A stretch of DNA of 64,000 nt, from contig ML002228.1 of assembly GCA_003614675.1 (NCBI GenBank), forward strand, positions 1 through 64,000, written 5' to 3'. The position numbers and the translations under genes are program-made. Each line of letters starts with the position of its first letter. Position 1 is the first letter of the stretch. The stretch comes from Dimargaris cristalligena (Eukaryota). This document shows, piece by piece, positions 10,588 through 23,032 of this stretch. The notes under the pieces were generated by a model. It did no database searches, was not told the DNA's origin, and saw nothing but the letters and a program-made list of their open reading frames with translations.

Positions 10588-13500
10588 TTAAGTGGTGGGC
10601 TCACAGCCCCAGCCTCCACCGCCAGGTGTCAAAATGCGCAAGCGATCGTGGGGAGCCATAAGACAAGTGTTTTTTCCACCCAAGGCCAGTCGACGGTAGC
10701 GCCGGCCTTGACTACCACTTACCCCTTCCTCTTTCCGCTCGTGACCTTCCCCCCTTTCCACCACCCGCAACCAGTGATTTTCGCCGCGTTGCCCCGGCTC
10801 CCCCCCAGCCAGGCCGTAGGGTTGAAACACGCGCCGTTCGGATAAAATAGATACTTGGATGGGTTCGAGGAATTCCAAGTCACGGATCAGGCCGTTGCCT
10901 CCCCGGTAGAGACCCCGCCCCCCTGAGTCGGGCCGGATACTGAATTCGTGGAGTATGACCGGGTAGCGTCTTTCGAGGATTTCGGGGTCGGTGATGCGGG
11001 TATTGGTCATGTGCGTATGGACCCCATCGGTGCCTGCCCACGAAGGGCCGGCTCCACTCCCACCGGCGATGGTCTCATAGTAACCCCAGCCGTCCCCATC
11101 ACTCTCCGCCTCCGCCTCCTCCTCCTGCTGCTGCTGCTGCTGTTGGTGATTATTGCCGGGATCATGGGCCTCGGAAGGTTTGGCCAGGTCTGGTTGAGCG
11201 GGGGATGAGGATTTGGACGGGCCCTTCCCGAACGTCAGGTTATTCATATCGCCCTGGGATGCCGCACAGGCCCGGAAGGCCTTAAATATCACGTCCACGA
11301 TGCGTTGGGAAGTCTGGACGTTACCCCCAACTACTGCAGCCGTGGCCGAAGGGCACAGGAGCGATCCTTCAGGTAGGATAATCCGGACAGGGTTTAGACA
11401 CCCCTGGTTTAGGGGAATATCCGATTCCACCATGCACCGCAGGCAGTAAATTACGGCGCTGTAGGTGATGGACGACGGCGCATTGAGATTGCCGTAGACT
11501 TCGGGGGAGGTACCCGTAAAGTCGAACACGGCCTCACCATCCCGACTTTCCCCGCCCTGGGGATCGATGGTCACCCGGAGGGAAATTCGGGCCCCATTAT
11601 CGAGAAAGTCCTCCGCAATCAGGGCTTGGCCACCGAATTTCTGGAAGGTGGTCCGCAGTAGTTGGCGGATAGCCGATTCGGCGTTGTCCTGTATGAAATG
11701 CATATAGGCGTGCACCGTGGGTCGGCCGTACTCAATGACCAACCGGCGGAGGAGGTCGATGCCCCGTTTGTTGGCCGCTATTTGGGCCTTGAGGTCGGAT
11801 ACATTATCCCGCAGACACCGAGTGCCACTACACTTGGGGTACTGGGCCGGTTTGACTACCAGAGCGTCGTTCAATTCGGCCAATTGGAATACCCCCCGTT
11901 CCACAATTTTAAAGGCGGTAAAGGCCGCCCCTTCCTCGTAAAGTTCCCGCGACGTGGGGGGCATGGAACCAGGCAGAATACCGCCAATATCAGCGTGGTG
12001 TCCCCGGGAGGCCACAAAAAACACGATGCGGTCGTCCTGGAATACCGGTGTAATGACCGTCATGTCGGGCAGGTGGGATCCGCCCGCCTGGGGATGGTTA
12101 GTCAACAGCACATCTCCGGCATGTAAACCATCGGGCCCCCAGTGCTTAATTTGGAACTGCACGGCGTGGCCAATGGAACCCAGGTGAACGGGGATATGGG
12201 GGGCGTTGGCGACCAGACTCCCATCCGGGCCAAAAATAGCGCAGGAGAAATCGAGCCGCTCCTTGATATTGGTGGAAATGGCCGTTTTTTGCAACGTTCG
12301 GCCCATTTGTTCGGCGATACTCATGAACCGGTGTGAGAAAACGGAGAGTTGGATGGGATCACAGACTATAGGTTGGTCGTCCTGTTTCTCAGGTGGACTA
12401 GTGGGTGAATTAGTGGGGTCCTCGGCCACTCGCTGAAGAACCAAGTGCTGCGAAGTCACCACCGTTTCCCAGCCCGGCTCCACAATAACGGTGAACGTGG
12501 GGTCAATCACCACCGCTGGCCCTGTAAACACGTCACCCGGTTCCAGGCGATCGACCAAAAGCACCGGGGTCTGTGGATCCCGGCCAGTGGCAAAGTACAC
12601 CGAAGTATACCGGTCGATTTTCTCATTTGTGACATCGGCCAAGCAATGGATTCGTCGACGGGGTAATGTGGCCAAGTCGACGTAGGGCGTGGCACTCTGG
12701 TCCGTGGCGGAGGTACTGCGGCCCACCCCGTGGATACGGATATCGTTGACCAGAATATCCCGATCCGGAAAGTGAAACCCGAACTCCTGCTGGTAGTTAC
12801 TCTCAAAAGGGGTGACGAAGTCCCAAGCGGCCCGTGGGGTATCCGACGACCCCTGTACATCGGCGGGTGAGGTCATCATGTCCCCGTCGGTACCTTGGTA
12901 GTGCAGATTGAGATAGGGGACCACTGAGATACGGTCATCAGGGAACCCCTGTCGCCTTAACTCCGCCCGGCAGGTTTCCTGGAGGTCGGTGATGCGTTCC
13001 ACCAGCTCCTGGCTCAGACCGTCTCGCTGGAGCATGAGGGCACAGGGCTGTTGGGTTTCGTGGACTACGTCGGCCAAGTTGAGACCGTAGGCCGACAGGA
13101 TAGAAGCGTGACGGTGTACGAGTACGCGCCGGATGCTCAGCAAATCAGCGATGGCACAGGCATGCTGACCCCCCGCGCCGCCAAAGCAGGTTAAAATATG
13201 TCGCGAGGAATCGTACCCACGGGCTTCAGTAAGGGCCCGGATGGGTCGGCTCATGGCCTCGTTGGCCACTTTAATGAATCCGTAGGCCACCTCATCGACG
13301 GATTGCGGCGACGTAGTGGTACCGGATTCGCCCCCATTGGTGTCCATATCGGCCAGGAGTTTTTCGAATAACTGGACGGACACTTCGTGATCGAGGGGCT
13401 CATCCTCCTGGGGACCGAATATTTTGGGAAAATAGTCGCTGACCAACCGACCTAGCACCAGGTTAGCATCGGTTACCGTCAAGGGTCCGGATTTACGGTA

Positions 13501-15359
13501 ACAGGCCGGCCCCGGGTGGGCTCCCGCGCTCTCGGGGCCAACCACAAAGAGACCATTTCGGAAGAACAGGCGGGAACCCCCACCCGCTGCGACGGTATGT
13601 ATATCCAGCTGACGGGCCTGAATCGTGATCCCGGCCGTGGTTGTCTCAAATACGTGGGAATACGAGCCGTCGTAGCGAGACACATCGGTACTAGTCCCAC
13701 CCATGTCAAAGCCAACCACGGGGGTCGGGTCGTCCGCATTCCAGGATGTGAGAGCACAACCCACCACCCCGCCGGCCGGTCCGGACAGAATGGCCCGGAA
13801 TCCCGTGAATTGATCGACGGGAGTAAGCCCGCCATCGGATTGCATAAATTGCACCGAAACCCGGTCCAGTAGATGCTGGTCGAACCCCTGGATAAAACCC
13901 TGTAGGTAGCGCTGGATCCCGGGGGTGAGGTACGCATCCGCGCAGGCCGAGTTACCCCGCGGAACGGCCTTGATCATGGGCATCAGTTCATGACTGAGGG
14001 TAATTTGGGTGAATCCCACGTTAGCCGCCAATTGGCCTAGAGTACGTTCGTGATCCGGGTAGGTATAGGAATGTAGGAAGCAGACGGCAATGCTGCGGTA
14101 GCCCGCGTCGAACAGGTCAGTCAGTTGGACGCGCGCGGCATCTATATCTATTTAATATAACAAAGACAGCGGATAGCAATACACGCCATGGAGATAACCC
14201 TGGTTGAGGGGTGCAAGTTAGTATGGTGAAACCTAAGTCGATGGCAATGACCAGGATATTTTAAACACTCGAACCAGGCGCATTCAGCCGTAAATGTTAT
14301 CAATGTGCAGATATTCAGGTAGGCAATGCAGGCTTGTAAATAGCCTAGATAACTCCATAGGGTGTCAAACAGCGAAGATAGCTGGTGGCACTTACCTAGA
14401 GTCGTCAGTACTTGGACGAGCTCCCCGGAGATACCATAAACGCAGTCCTTGGGCTTGTTGGCGGATCGTACGGCTGGCTTGGTGCTGCCCGAGGTATGTC
14501 CCAAGAGGGTCACACTAAGGGTTCATTGCAAAACACACGGTCCATATATAAGTCAACAGCCGTGTGAATAATCCCAGCCAAGAATCGTGAATTGAATAAA
14601 GGAAATGCACTGTCAGTTTTGTCCCTTTGTTAAAGTATGTGAAAATTGGAACATTTAGGGACGTTTGGATGGGCTCAGTAAGTGCATGGATTTACAAGCA
14701 ACAAGTCACATGGGTCGTCCTTACCGTTCATTGATTTCCACCACTGTTTCGTACAAAACGCCGGGTCGCTGAATAGCCAACTCAAAAATCTTAGGGCGGG
14801 CCTGGTTCCCAATGACCAGCAGGTCCTAGATAAGACAGGATCAGAGGCAAGTGGCAGCATGGTGGGGAGGTGGCAAATCCAAATAACACATGGCTGGAGT
14901 TAAACATCATGCAACGAGTCATACAGTTGGCATGTTAGGGACTAAAACAGAGGTCACTGGGTCAAATATGGCCCAGTCCCCTCAGAGCAGTCCAGAAGTC
15001 CACAGACAGGCTGGTGGGTATTGTGGTTTTACCTTAAAACCGCGGGTAATGAGCAAGGCACACCGTTCCCCACGCCGCTCCAGTAAGGCATTGGTGGCCA
15101 CGGTCGTGCCCATTCGAATGGAACGAATGAGGGAGGTGTCCAGAACCCGGTGGCGCGGGAACGGCTCGCCCGTTACGATTTCGAGGATACGCCGGATGCC
15201 TTCCCGAGGCGCATCGTCGTAGTTGAGTGGGTCCTGACTGAGTAGCTTAATGACGAGGCTCGGGGTAGCTCCCGTGTCGACCTCCTCGTAGCGGGCGTAA
15301 CAGTCGGTGAAGGTGCCCCCACGGTCAATGCAAATGTCAAGATTCCGAACCTGGGCCAT
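10588..15359 (-). CDS. OXP1: ATP-dependent 5-oxoprolinase (hydantoinase A+B fusion), 4 exons: 15359-15033, 14825-14725, 14514-14396, 14147-10588 (~1368 aa)
   Basis: Motifs [81 protein letters not shown] and [12 protein letters not shown] junctions keep the frame. Confidence 0.96.
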
Positions 15360-18300
15360 GTGGTAAGACGAGGGTAGGAGAATATTATATAAATTGATGA
15401 AGTAGGCGCGAAGTTAGGGAGGGAGAAGTGCACGAAGGGTTAGAATTAAGTAATTGATAGAGAAGGTAGTGAAACCAAGCAGGGGTCTCAGTTTTAAGTC
15501 CGGGTCCGGGCCGAAGGGTCGGTATTAAATAAGCCTCCTCATAATATTGTCGAGGCCGGGCACCTGGCTTATAGAGTATGGTGGGTGGTTCTAATTCCTC
15601 GTGACATGGACGGGGGAACTTGGCCATCGGATAAGGGCCTGAGAAGAACCCAAGGCTGAGACTGAACTGGGGGGTTGCTGTGGTCAAAGTCAGCCAATCC
15701 TGGGTGACGACTGTGACTGGTATACGCACCGTCACGCATACTGCGAATCCCGCGTATAGGACCCACTACTCCCTACTATGAAGCATAAAGTGGACATGTG
15801 CCCCATGCTTTTCGTACCGACGGGCCTTAAATTAGTCACTCCTGAACAATCGACCGCTACGCCCAATGGCGCCCACATTGCCACTTTGCTGCGCCAAATG
15901 CTTTACTTTCCCATTACCCATTCGGCTTCATCTTGCCAACCTGACTTCTCTATATTTTATATTTAATGGCGAGGGGGCCGCAACTAGCGCTCTAAGGAAG
16001 CTTACATAATCTCTGAGTCTAGAGATATACTGTTAAGACCCGGCAAACCGGTGTACTAGTAAAATACAGCACCGGATTAGGATGTCACAGATCTCGACGG
16101 GAGGTTCGGCTCGATCATCGGATCCTCGGGGTTTAGGGAGGGGGATGGCGATCAGGTAGGTTAGGTGGGCCCGGCGGTAAGCAGTAAGAATGGCACATTT
16201 TAGGGTTTCCGCCGACTTATATAGATCAAGAGAATATAAATGTAAGAATTAAATGGCACGCGTTGGTGCAGATATCTTAGTGTCAATTAGCAATTAATAA
16301 AAGCGAGTGAGCTAAGAAAGGATTTAAGGGAATCTAGATATTCTTCGCAAGCCAGCCGGAACTGGATGACTTGTTGGGGTTGGTGGGAAGCATTATTTGG
16401 ACAAATTCACTATTAGTATATAGTTCTTACTAATTGGACTGCGGGAAGTTATAGTTAGTTGTATGTAAAAGATCCAAGAAAATACTCGATTAAACTAGAG
16501 AAATCAAAGAACGGTAGCTCGGCCCATCCGTATTCTACGCCGCTGGCACAGTTAGTCAGCAAGATTGCCAGCCGTACTCTGATAAATGGAAGCGGGGGTC
16601 ATGGTATATGAATTGCCAAGGGATGCAAGGAAACTACCGAATAAATGAATATGATGCAGGGTATGGTTAGTGACTAACCACGGGCCTCAAATATTTCTAA
16701 AGACACTGGGCTATGTAAAGGGACAAGCCGACCGTGTCTATTGGGGCTTTATCTCTTCCTGCACTACGCACCAACACCGAAGGGTTTTATAGTAAATAAG
16801 CACAGTGCTGCATCAGGTATGAAAGGGGCCTGAGTTGGGGTCTATTAGGTTATAGATATTCCGATAAAGGGCAGGGATGAAACTCGGCCAAAACTGCAAA
16901 GGATTGTGGGCTGCGTATCAATAGATTAGAGCCGGGGAATAGCTGGTCACGACAGGAAAAATCGGTCTCGGCGACTAAGTGTCTCATTGTAGCTAGACTA
17001 GGCTACTTCATTCTACCCTACCGAGTTTCCCGCTATTAGAGCCAACCCAGTACATTGCTGACATGGGGGTCGGGGCGGATAGTTTGGGACGGTGGTTCCC
17101 TAGAACCATTATTTTTTATTTATTGTATAGGTGTATAGAAGGGGTCGTTTTGACTAATGTAGGTAATGTGGCTATACTGTTACTCCAGTGGATCGTATCG
17201 CACGATTCGTTGAGCGATTTTTTTTTTTCGATTTGGGTTTAATTTCTAAAGATGACCATAATACTATTATTTAGCCACAATGGATAGGCAGAGACGAGTT
17301 GTGGCCGACTAATAGGCAATGCCAAAGCTGTCATTACTAATCGCCTTCTTATAAAGAGTTATTAAAGTAAGTTTCAGTCGTATGGAAACAGGCCTACAGT
17401 CTGCCGATTCTATTCATTCGTCACAAGTAAATAAATACGTAAATGACATTCACTAAACCTATGCTATAGTGAGTTTCTGTCCCTCTTTTATTAGAGGCAG
17501 TCACTTGGTAGAAAGCGGCGTAAAGTCTTCGGTCTTCTAGCTGGCATAGTTGGACTGCGCAGTTTGTGGGCGGATGAGGAGGGAGCGCGTCTTCCCCAGG
17601 TGAAAATCTATCGAAAGTATGTCTTGTACCCTTCCCCGCATACCCTATCCCTGACCGATGCCCTGAAAACTACCCTTTTTATGAGATGATCCGGTCCGCC
17701 TGACAAAAATTAACCAGGTAGATTCACCATGATTCTCATCAGAGGAAGTACGATCAACCCTGACACGGCGATGGCCGTGAATAGTGCAATGCAGCAATAC
17801 CCGTATACATTATAATTTTGATGACCAGGGCATTCACGGTTGTTAAAGTTCGTGATCCAACTTCTGGCCAACTTGGCTAAACATGTACCACATTTCCTCA
17901 TCGGTCGGTGACTGGGCTGGGGAAACTCTGAGCTATTTTAATCACTTTTTCTACACCATGAAGGGTACATCTATGTGAGCAATTAGGGCCTTTTTTGGGG
18001 GGAAAGGAGTTACAGACAACAGGATCAGTGAATAGCCTTTTTGGCTGAGCCGCGGAGATCACCGCTCGGCTGAAGTGGGTTTAAGTCTCAAAAGGGTAGG
18101 TCCTGTATTTCTGGCTATTGCTGTCACTATCCACTTCCAAACCGGACGTTTGATGAGCACTAAACGGGGATGAGCAGGTTAAAGCACATTCTAATTCTCG
18201 GTGTTGGTTCCCATTATCTCTCATCGGTCGTTTCGCTAACCATTAGACACAAACCACACCTATAATTCAGCCTGGAGAACTAATGCCGCAGAATTACATC

Positions 18301-20118
18301 TAGAATGTTAGGTACCTATAAACTAGGATCCTGCGTCCATCTCCGTAACAAGACTAGTAGAAAACTAAATTACTGTATCTACTTTATTGTTAGGCCGACA
18401 GCATCATCCTTAAATGGAATACCGATAGCCCTCATTCACTACCGAATATGGGACCAGCTGTTCTGCTTACCTCGGGAGCCCTTAACCACCCATTGGCCCG
18501 CAGTTGCGGTATACCAGTTTTTACCGGGATAGACCAGGCTGGTACGTTTACAGTATCATATAAAATTGACCCCTCTAGCTAAACTTACCACACCCATCAC
18601 CTGTCGACCAGGCAGCAGGAGTCTTATATCCGAATTTAGACGTTTCTCCAACGGACGATAACAGGACAACCTATCCGAATGTTTCTACATATTCTATTCC
18701 GAAACATACGTTGCCTCTCATGGTGGAAATACCATCCGCCCCTCTGGAGCAGGTGGGCGGTTTACCAGGCGGTCATGGGCGGAGTGCCAAAAAGGGAAAG
18801 GTAAACCTACCCTTCCTCCTCCCCCCCTTCGATTATTATTTTTTTACTACCGCGTGCTTTGGTCGAAGATTACCCGGCCGGATAGTCCGGTGATTGGCAC
18901 AACCCCCTAAACTAAGAATCGAATTTGGGATTGATGGGAAAAAAGGCAACTAAGCGGATCTTGACCAGTAGCCAACGAATTGGCAGGATGAAAGCAGCCT
19001 TTTAGACAGTAGATTAGGCCAAAGACCAGTTGATATCAGGGTCTAGTGGCCTGTAGAAAGAGACCCTGCCATTTCGTTGAGGTGCCAAAGTATAGGAGGG
19101 GCGAATGGAGTGGACGTTAAATAGGGCCCATTACACCAATTCCATTAAACGGTGCTAGGTTATAATTTGATTTAGTGCCACAGTTTACTGCTACTGGGGC
19201 ACACTATCGCCCACTATTCTGACACTATTTGTCCACCTGATACCGAATTCCCGTGTAGTAATGATCCTGGTTCGGCCATCCTTTTGAGCTAGATAAATCC
19301 CCCGGTTGTTGGTCACGAACTGATCGCCGTACATGTATGTTTTTCGTTAACTAATGGGTTCGAAAATAGTTCACCACCCGCGATCGCACTGTAGCCTTAA
19401 TTAGGGGTTCCCCAGCGCTGAGAAAAATACATAAATCGAACTCAATTGGCTCAATTCGCTTACTCTTATTACGGACGACTTCCCTGGAGCCATCATCTCC
19501 CATTGTATCTAGGATAGTTCCATAGGCGTATCCCCTAGATCACCTCTGCCCTCATCGCCTATCCTTCCCCTTTTCCTCTACCTTGCATTTGGCGAATTAT
19601 CTTCTTGCTTTCCCATATGGGTGATTGATTTACATGGGCGGGAGGGGGCATTTCAGGCTGGATCCGGCATCTTTAGGCGAGGTAAGTTAGAGAAACTGGA
19701 TGGATTTGCCGGCACTCTATAGATTGACAGCCCTAGTGTTTCCCACTGTAAAGCTATACTTAGACCCTTATATTGGATAACAATGTCAGCTGTTCGACGT
19801 TGATACTACACCGTATAACATATATATAAGCTGGTCGGTCCCTGGCTTTCAATGCGTTATTCGTCGATCTGTTTTCGAAAACCTCCAGCGCCTGGTTTGC
19901 GGAATCTATTTCTAACTCCGACCCATCAGCCCAATTCCTATTTTAACCATCTGCTATTTTAAATATTTTCTTTATTCTTTAATTAGTGTAGTAAACACCC
20001 CTGTATATTTATACATGTTAATGCATTGCTGATCGACAACGACGTTATTCACGAGCACCCCTTAGTGACTGTATAAAAACAGTTTATCCTCTAGTGTACC
20101 TTTTATTATTTTAATACT

Positions 20119-21954
20119 ATGGCTGCCTCGCCTCCCACCTCGTACACCGGCCGGCCTAGCGAACTTAGCCCAACGGAGCAGTGGACTATCCTGATTGTGT
20201 ACAACTCCCTTGGGGTTATATCCGCCCTCTACATTGGCATCACCACGTACCTCTTCTACCGACTGGGCCTCAACATCCGGGAGATCCAACTCCGGTCCCG
20301 TGGGCTCATACTCCTCCAGTCCCTCTCCGTTTTGGGCTGGTCGCTCCTGGCCTCCTCCTTTAGCGGCCTTTACTTCATCGGCTACCCCTGCTTCATCCAC
20401 TGGTGGGGCCTCAACTTCTGTGCTCTCCTCACGAGCTATGCCGTGGCCGCCCGGGCCCTGCGCTACATTTATTTAGTCAATTTTAATCACGCTAAAGCGA
20501 CAACTAATTACAAGGCCGTCGCGACTGAGCCCACCAGGTTTCCGGGGGCACAGGATCCTTCAGCCACCTCCGCCGCCCTGGCAATTCCGGAGACACATAC
20601 CACCCCCTCTCCCCACCGGGGTTTCCAGGTGTCCGTGCTCAATAGCCCCGGCGACGGTCGTCGAGTATCGGCCCCCGCGATCCAAACCCGGGGCTTTCTG
20701 GGACCCTTTATCAACCGTCACCACCGTTTTTTCCGGACCGACCGGGGCCTTATCCGTGTCCTCTTAATCCTCGGATTGGTCCATTTCCTGTATGTGTTCT
20801 TTGTGCAGATTTTCTCCCATAATTTTACGTTGATTCCCCTGGCCCTGGACTGCAACTTCACTTGGGAGTACTCCGTCACGTTTGTCTGGATCGGCCTACA
20901 TACGTTAGTGGCCTTCCCCATCTTAATTTACCACCTGTGGGGCCTATCGGATCCCTACGGTATTTGTCGGGACCTGATCTTTTATTCCGTGTGGGTGTCC
21001 GGGAGTTCCGTGATGTTCTTTTTATGGGAACTGGTACCCTCGCGTGTAGGAGCCCTCTTCGGCCGCGTCATGTGGATTTTTCTGGTGGTCAATGTCGTGC
21101 ATACCTCGTCGGTCACCATGCCGGTGGTCAAGGCCCTACGGGAACAACGTCGCCGGCGCTACGGACTCGCCGGGGAATGGGAGAAAGCTCCGGTGGGGGT
21201 CGGCGGGGACCGCAACGAAGCGGGCCAGGGAGAAATGATGCCGCACCCGGAATCAACATTTGAGCCGGCGTTCCTGCGGATGCTCAACAGTAACGAGGGC
21301 CTGGATACCCTCCGGGCGTGGGCCAGCGACTGCTTCTGTATCGAGTTGGTTTACTTTTTGGAGGAGTACCAGGAGCTTAAACTATTCCTGGAAGGGACCT
21401 TTGCCCTGCCCCATTCGGGCAAAGGCGAGCTTCCCCGCTCTTCAGTTTTTAACGAGTCGAGCCCCAGCTTCGTGGCACCCAAAGAAGGCCTGAACTCCCT
21501 TTCTCTGTCATCCATGACAGCCAGCCATTCTTTCCAATCTGCTTCGGCGGGCCTGGCGTTCTCCAACGACTCGTTTTCGATCCACCGAAGCACTACCTTC
21601 TACTCACTCGCGGAAGGTATGCCGATTGAACAACAGTACCACCTCAGTCGGCTTTCTTCCAGTATTCGCGAAACCTGGGATCTACTGGATGATTCCAAGA
21701 CAACGGACCTGATTCGCACCCAATATCCCGTAAGCGCCAAGGCCGCCCTCAAGCTGGCCTACCTGATGTTTTACCAACGCTTTCTCGATTCCATGTCGGA
21801 CCTGCGCGTGCATGTGAGTGACCGGCTGCTGGCGGGTATCGGTCAGGAAATCATGGCGGGCCACTTTCCCATCACCGTTTTTGATGACGTGTACCAGGAT
21901 GTGCTGATGCTGCTTTATGTCGACGTCTATCTCAAGCTCCGAAATGCAGCATAG
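20119..21954 (+). CDS. 7TM-RGS protein (GPCR-like membrane domain fused to a C-terminal RGS domain; GprK/AtRGS1-like architecture)
   Basis: About seven hydrophobic segments in the N-terminal ~340 aa. C-terminal RGS-like FLRML..GLDTLRAWASDCFCIELVYFLEEYQELK ... FYQRFLDSMSDLRVHVS ... VFDDVYQDVLMLLYVDVYLK. Intronless. Confidence 0.85.
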   Translation: MAASPPTSYTGRPSELSPTEQWTILIVYNSLGVISALYIGITTYLFYRLGLNIREIQLRSRGLILLQSLSVLGWSLLASSFSGLYFIGYPCFIHWWGLNFCALLTSYAVAARALRYIYLVNFNHAKATTNYKAVATEPTRFPGAQDPSATSAALAIPETHTTPSPHRGFQVSVLNSPGDGRRVSAPAIQTRGFLGPFINRHHRFFRTDRGLIRVLLILGLVHFLYVFFVQIFSHNFTLIPLALDCNFTWEYSVTFVWIGLHTLVAFPILIYHLWGLSDPYGICRDLIFYSVWVSGSSVMFFLWELVPSRVGALFGRVMWIFLVVNVVHTSSVTMPVVKALREQRRRRYGLAGEWEKAPVGVGGDRNEAGQGEMMPHPESTFEPAFLRMLNSNEGLDTLRAWASDCFCIELVYFLEEYQELKLFLEGTFALPHSGKGELPRSSVFNESSPSFVAPKEGLNSLSLSSMTASHSFQSASAGLAFSNDSFSIHRSTTFYSLAEGMPIEQQYHLSRLSSSIRETWDLLDDSKTTDLIRTQYPVSAKAALKLAYLMFYQRFLDSMSDLRVHVSDRLLAGIGQEIMAGHFPITVFDDVYQDVLMLLYVDVYLKLRNAA

Positions 21955-22477
21955 GTAGATGATGCTATTTAATATAGTGCCTTAGAATTGCTAAGCGGGT
22001 GGATTTAAGGTTTGCGTTCTAGGGCAATTTACGCTCCGTGAAAAGGGTGGGAATCTAATATAATGGCCACGCACCGCCTTCGGCTAATCTTACCCTGCGA
22101 CCTTATACTGGTCCAATTGTAAACTAAATAAAAGTTTTAAAATATATTCGCACAATTGGTTTATTGATTTGAGTTTGGGTTCAAAATGAAGTGATATTAC
22201 AGAAATGATAATGGAGAGGGGGGTATTCTGGGTAGTGGAGCAGTGTGCTCCGAAGGGGGATGATGGGTAAACTAAGGGGCCAACGGGGATTTATGGGCCG
22301 AATGCAGCCCCTTTTTCGGATGAGTAACGGAATTACGGTATGAACGCAACTGCCTAGGCCCGTTAAGGACGGGAATGGTACCCCATCACCATCCCCATTC
22401 CCAGGACAATAGCCCAGTTGGTAGATACCATCACAAGCAAATCGCCCAGCCGGGGCAGAGAGAGGAGGACGGCAGAA

Positions 22478-23032
22478 CTAGTGCTCCCGATCCTCGAGCT
22501 CCTGGACCATAATGATGGCCGAAATCACCAGGAATTCTTTAAATCCGGGGGTCCAATGCGAGTCGGGGAACAAATCAACGCTAGCGCGGGTTTTGGAGAA
22601 GGCCTTCTTACTGATGGCAGCCACCTGCTTTCCCGAGTCGGCGGTCACACAGGAGTAGTTATGTTTAAATATGGCGGCACTCTTCCAGTGGTAGGTCCGG
22701 CAGTTGTACACAAACGTGAACACCTTGCCACTGAACAGGGACCCGTTCTTGAGGGTAACGGTGAGGTTGTAAAGGGGACTCTCGAAGACCAAGGTGGAGG
22801 AGAAGACTTTGGACTTGTACTCCCACTGGACCTGCTGGGTGCGGAGGTCCTCGAGGAACTTGTTGCCGAAGGTGGAGTGCCGGCGAAGGATGAGCTCGGC
22901 ATGGTCCTTGTCGGGGCCGATGTATTTGGACGAGCCGAATATTTTGTCGAGGAAAACGATAAAGTGAATCGGCGGTAGGTCCAGGACCTGCGGCACCATG
23001 CCGAAATCGGCTTCGGGGTACTGTGCGAGCAT
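22478..23032 (-). CDS. Tubby C-terminal/LURP-one-like (scramblase-fold) small protein, ~184 aa
   Basis: ATG at 23032. Beta-rich body with KVFTFVYNCRTYHWK and GKQVAAISKKAF, ending in a hydrophobic helix EFLVISAIIMVQ typical of this fold. Strong C-ending codon bias. Confidence 0.7.
   Translation of the reverse strand: MLAQYPEADFGMVPQVLDLPPIHFIVFLDKIFGSSKYIGPDKDHAELILRRHSTFGNKFLEDLRTQQVQWEYKSKVFSSTLVFESPLYNLTVTLKNGSLFSGKVFTFVYNCRTYHWKSAAIFKHNYSCVTADSGKQVAAISKKAFSKTRASVDLFPDSHWTPGFKEFLVISAIIMVQELEDREH

Noticed and set aside
15400..20100. Long gene-free interval, searched for tRNA, snRNA or transposon ORFs
   Set aside because: No cloverleaf, known RNA motif or transposase-like translation recognised.
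22418..22978. 186-aa plus-strand ORF
   Set aside because: Antisense shadow of the tubby/LURP-like gene; non-ATG start and no recognisable motifs.
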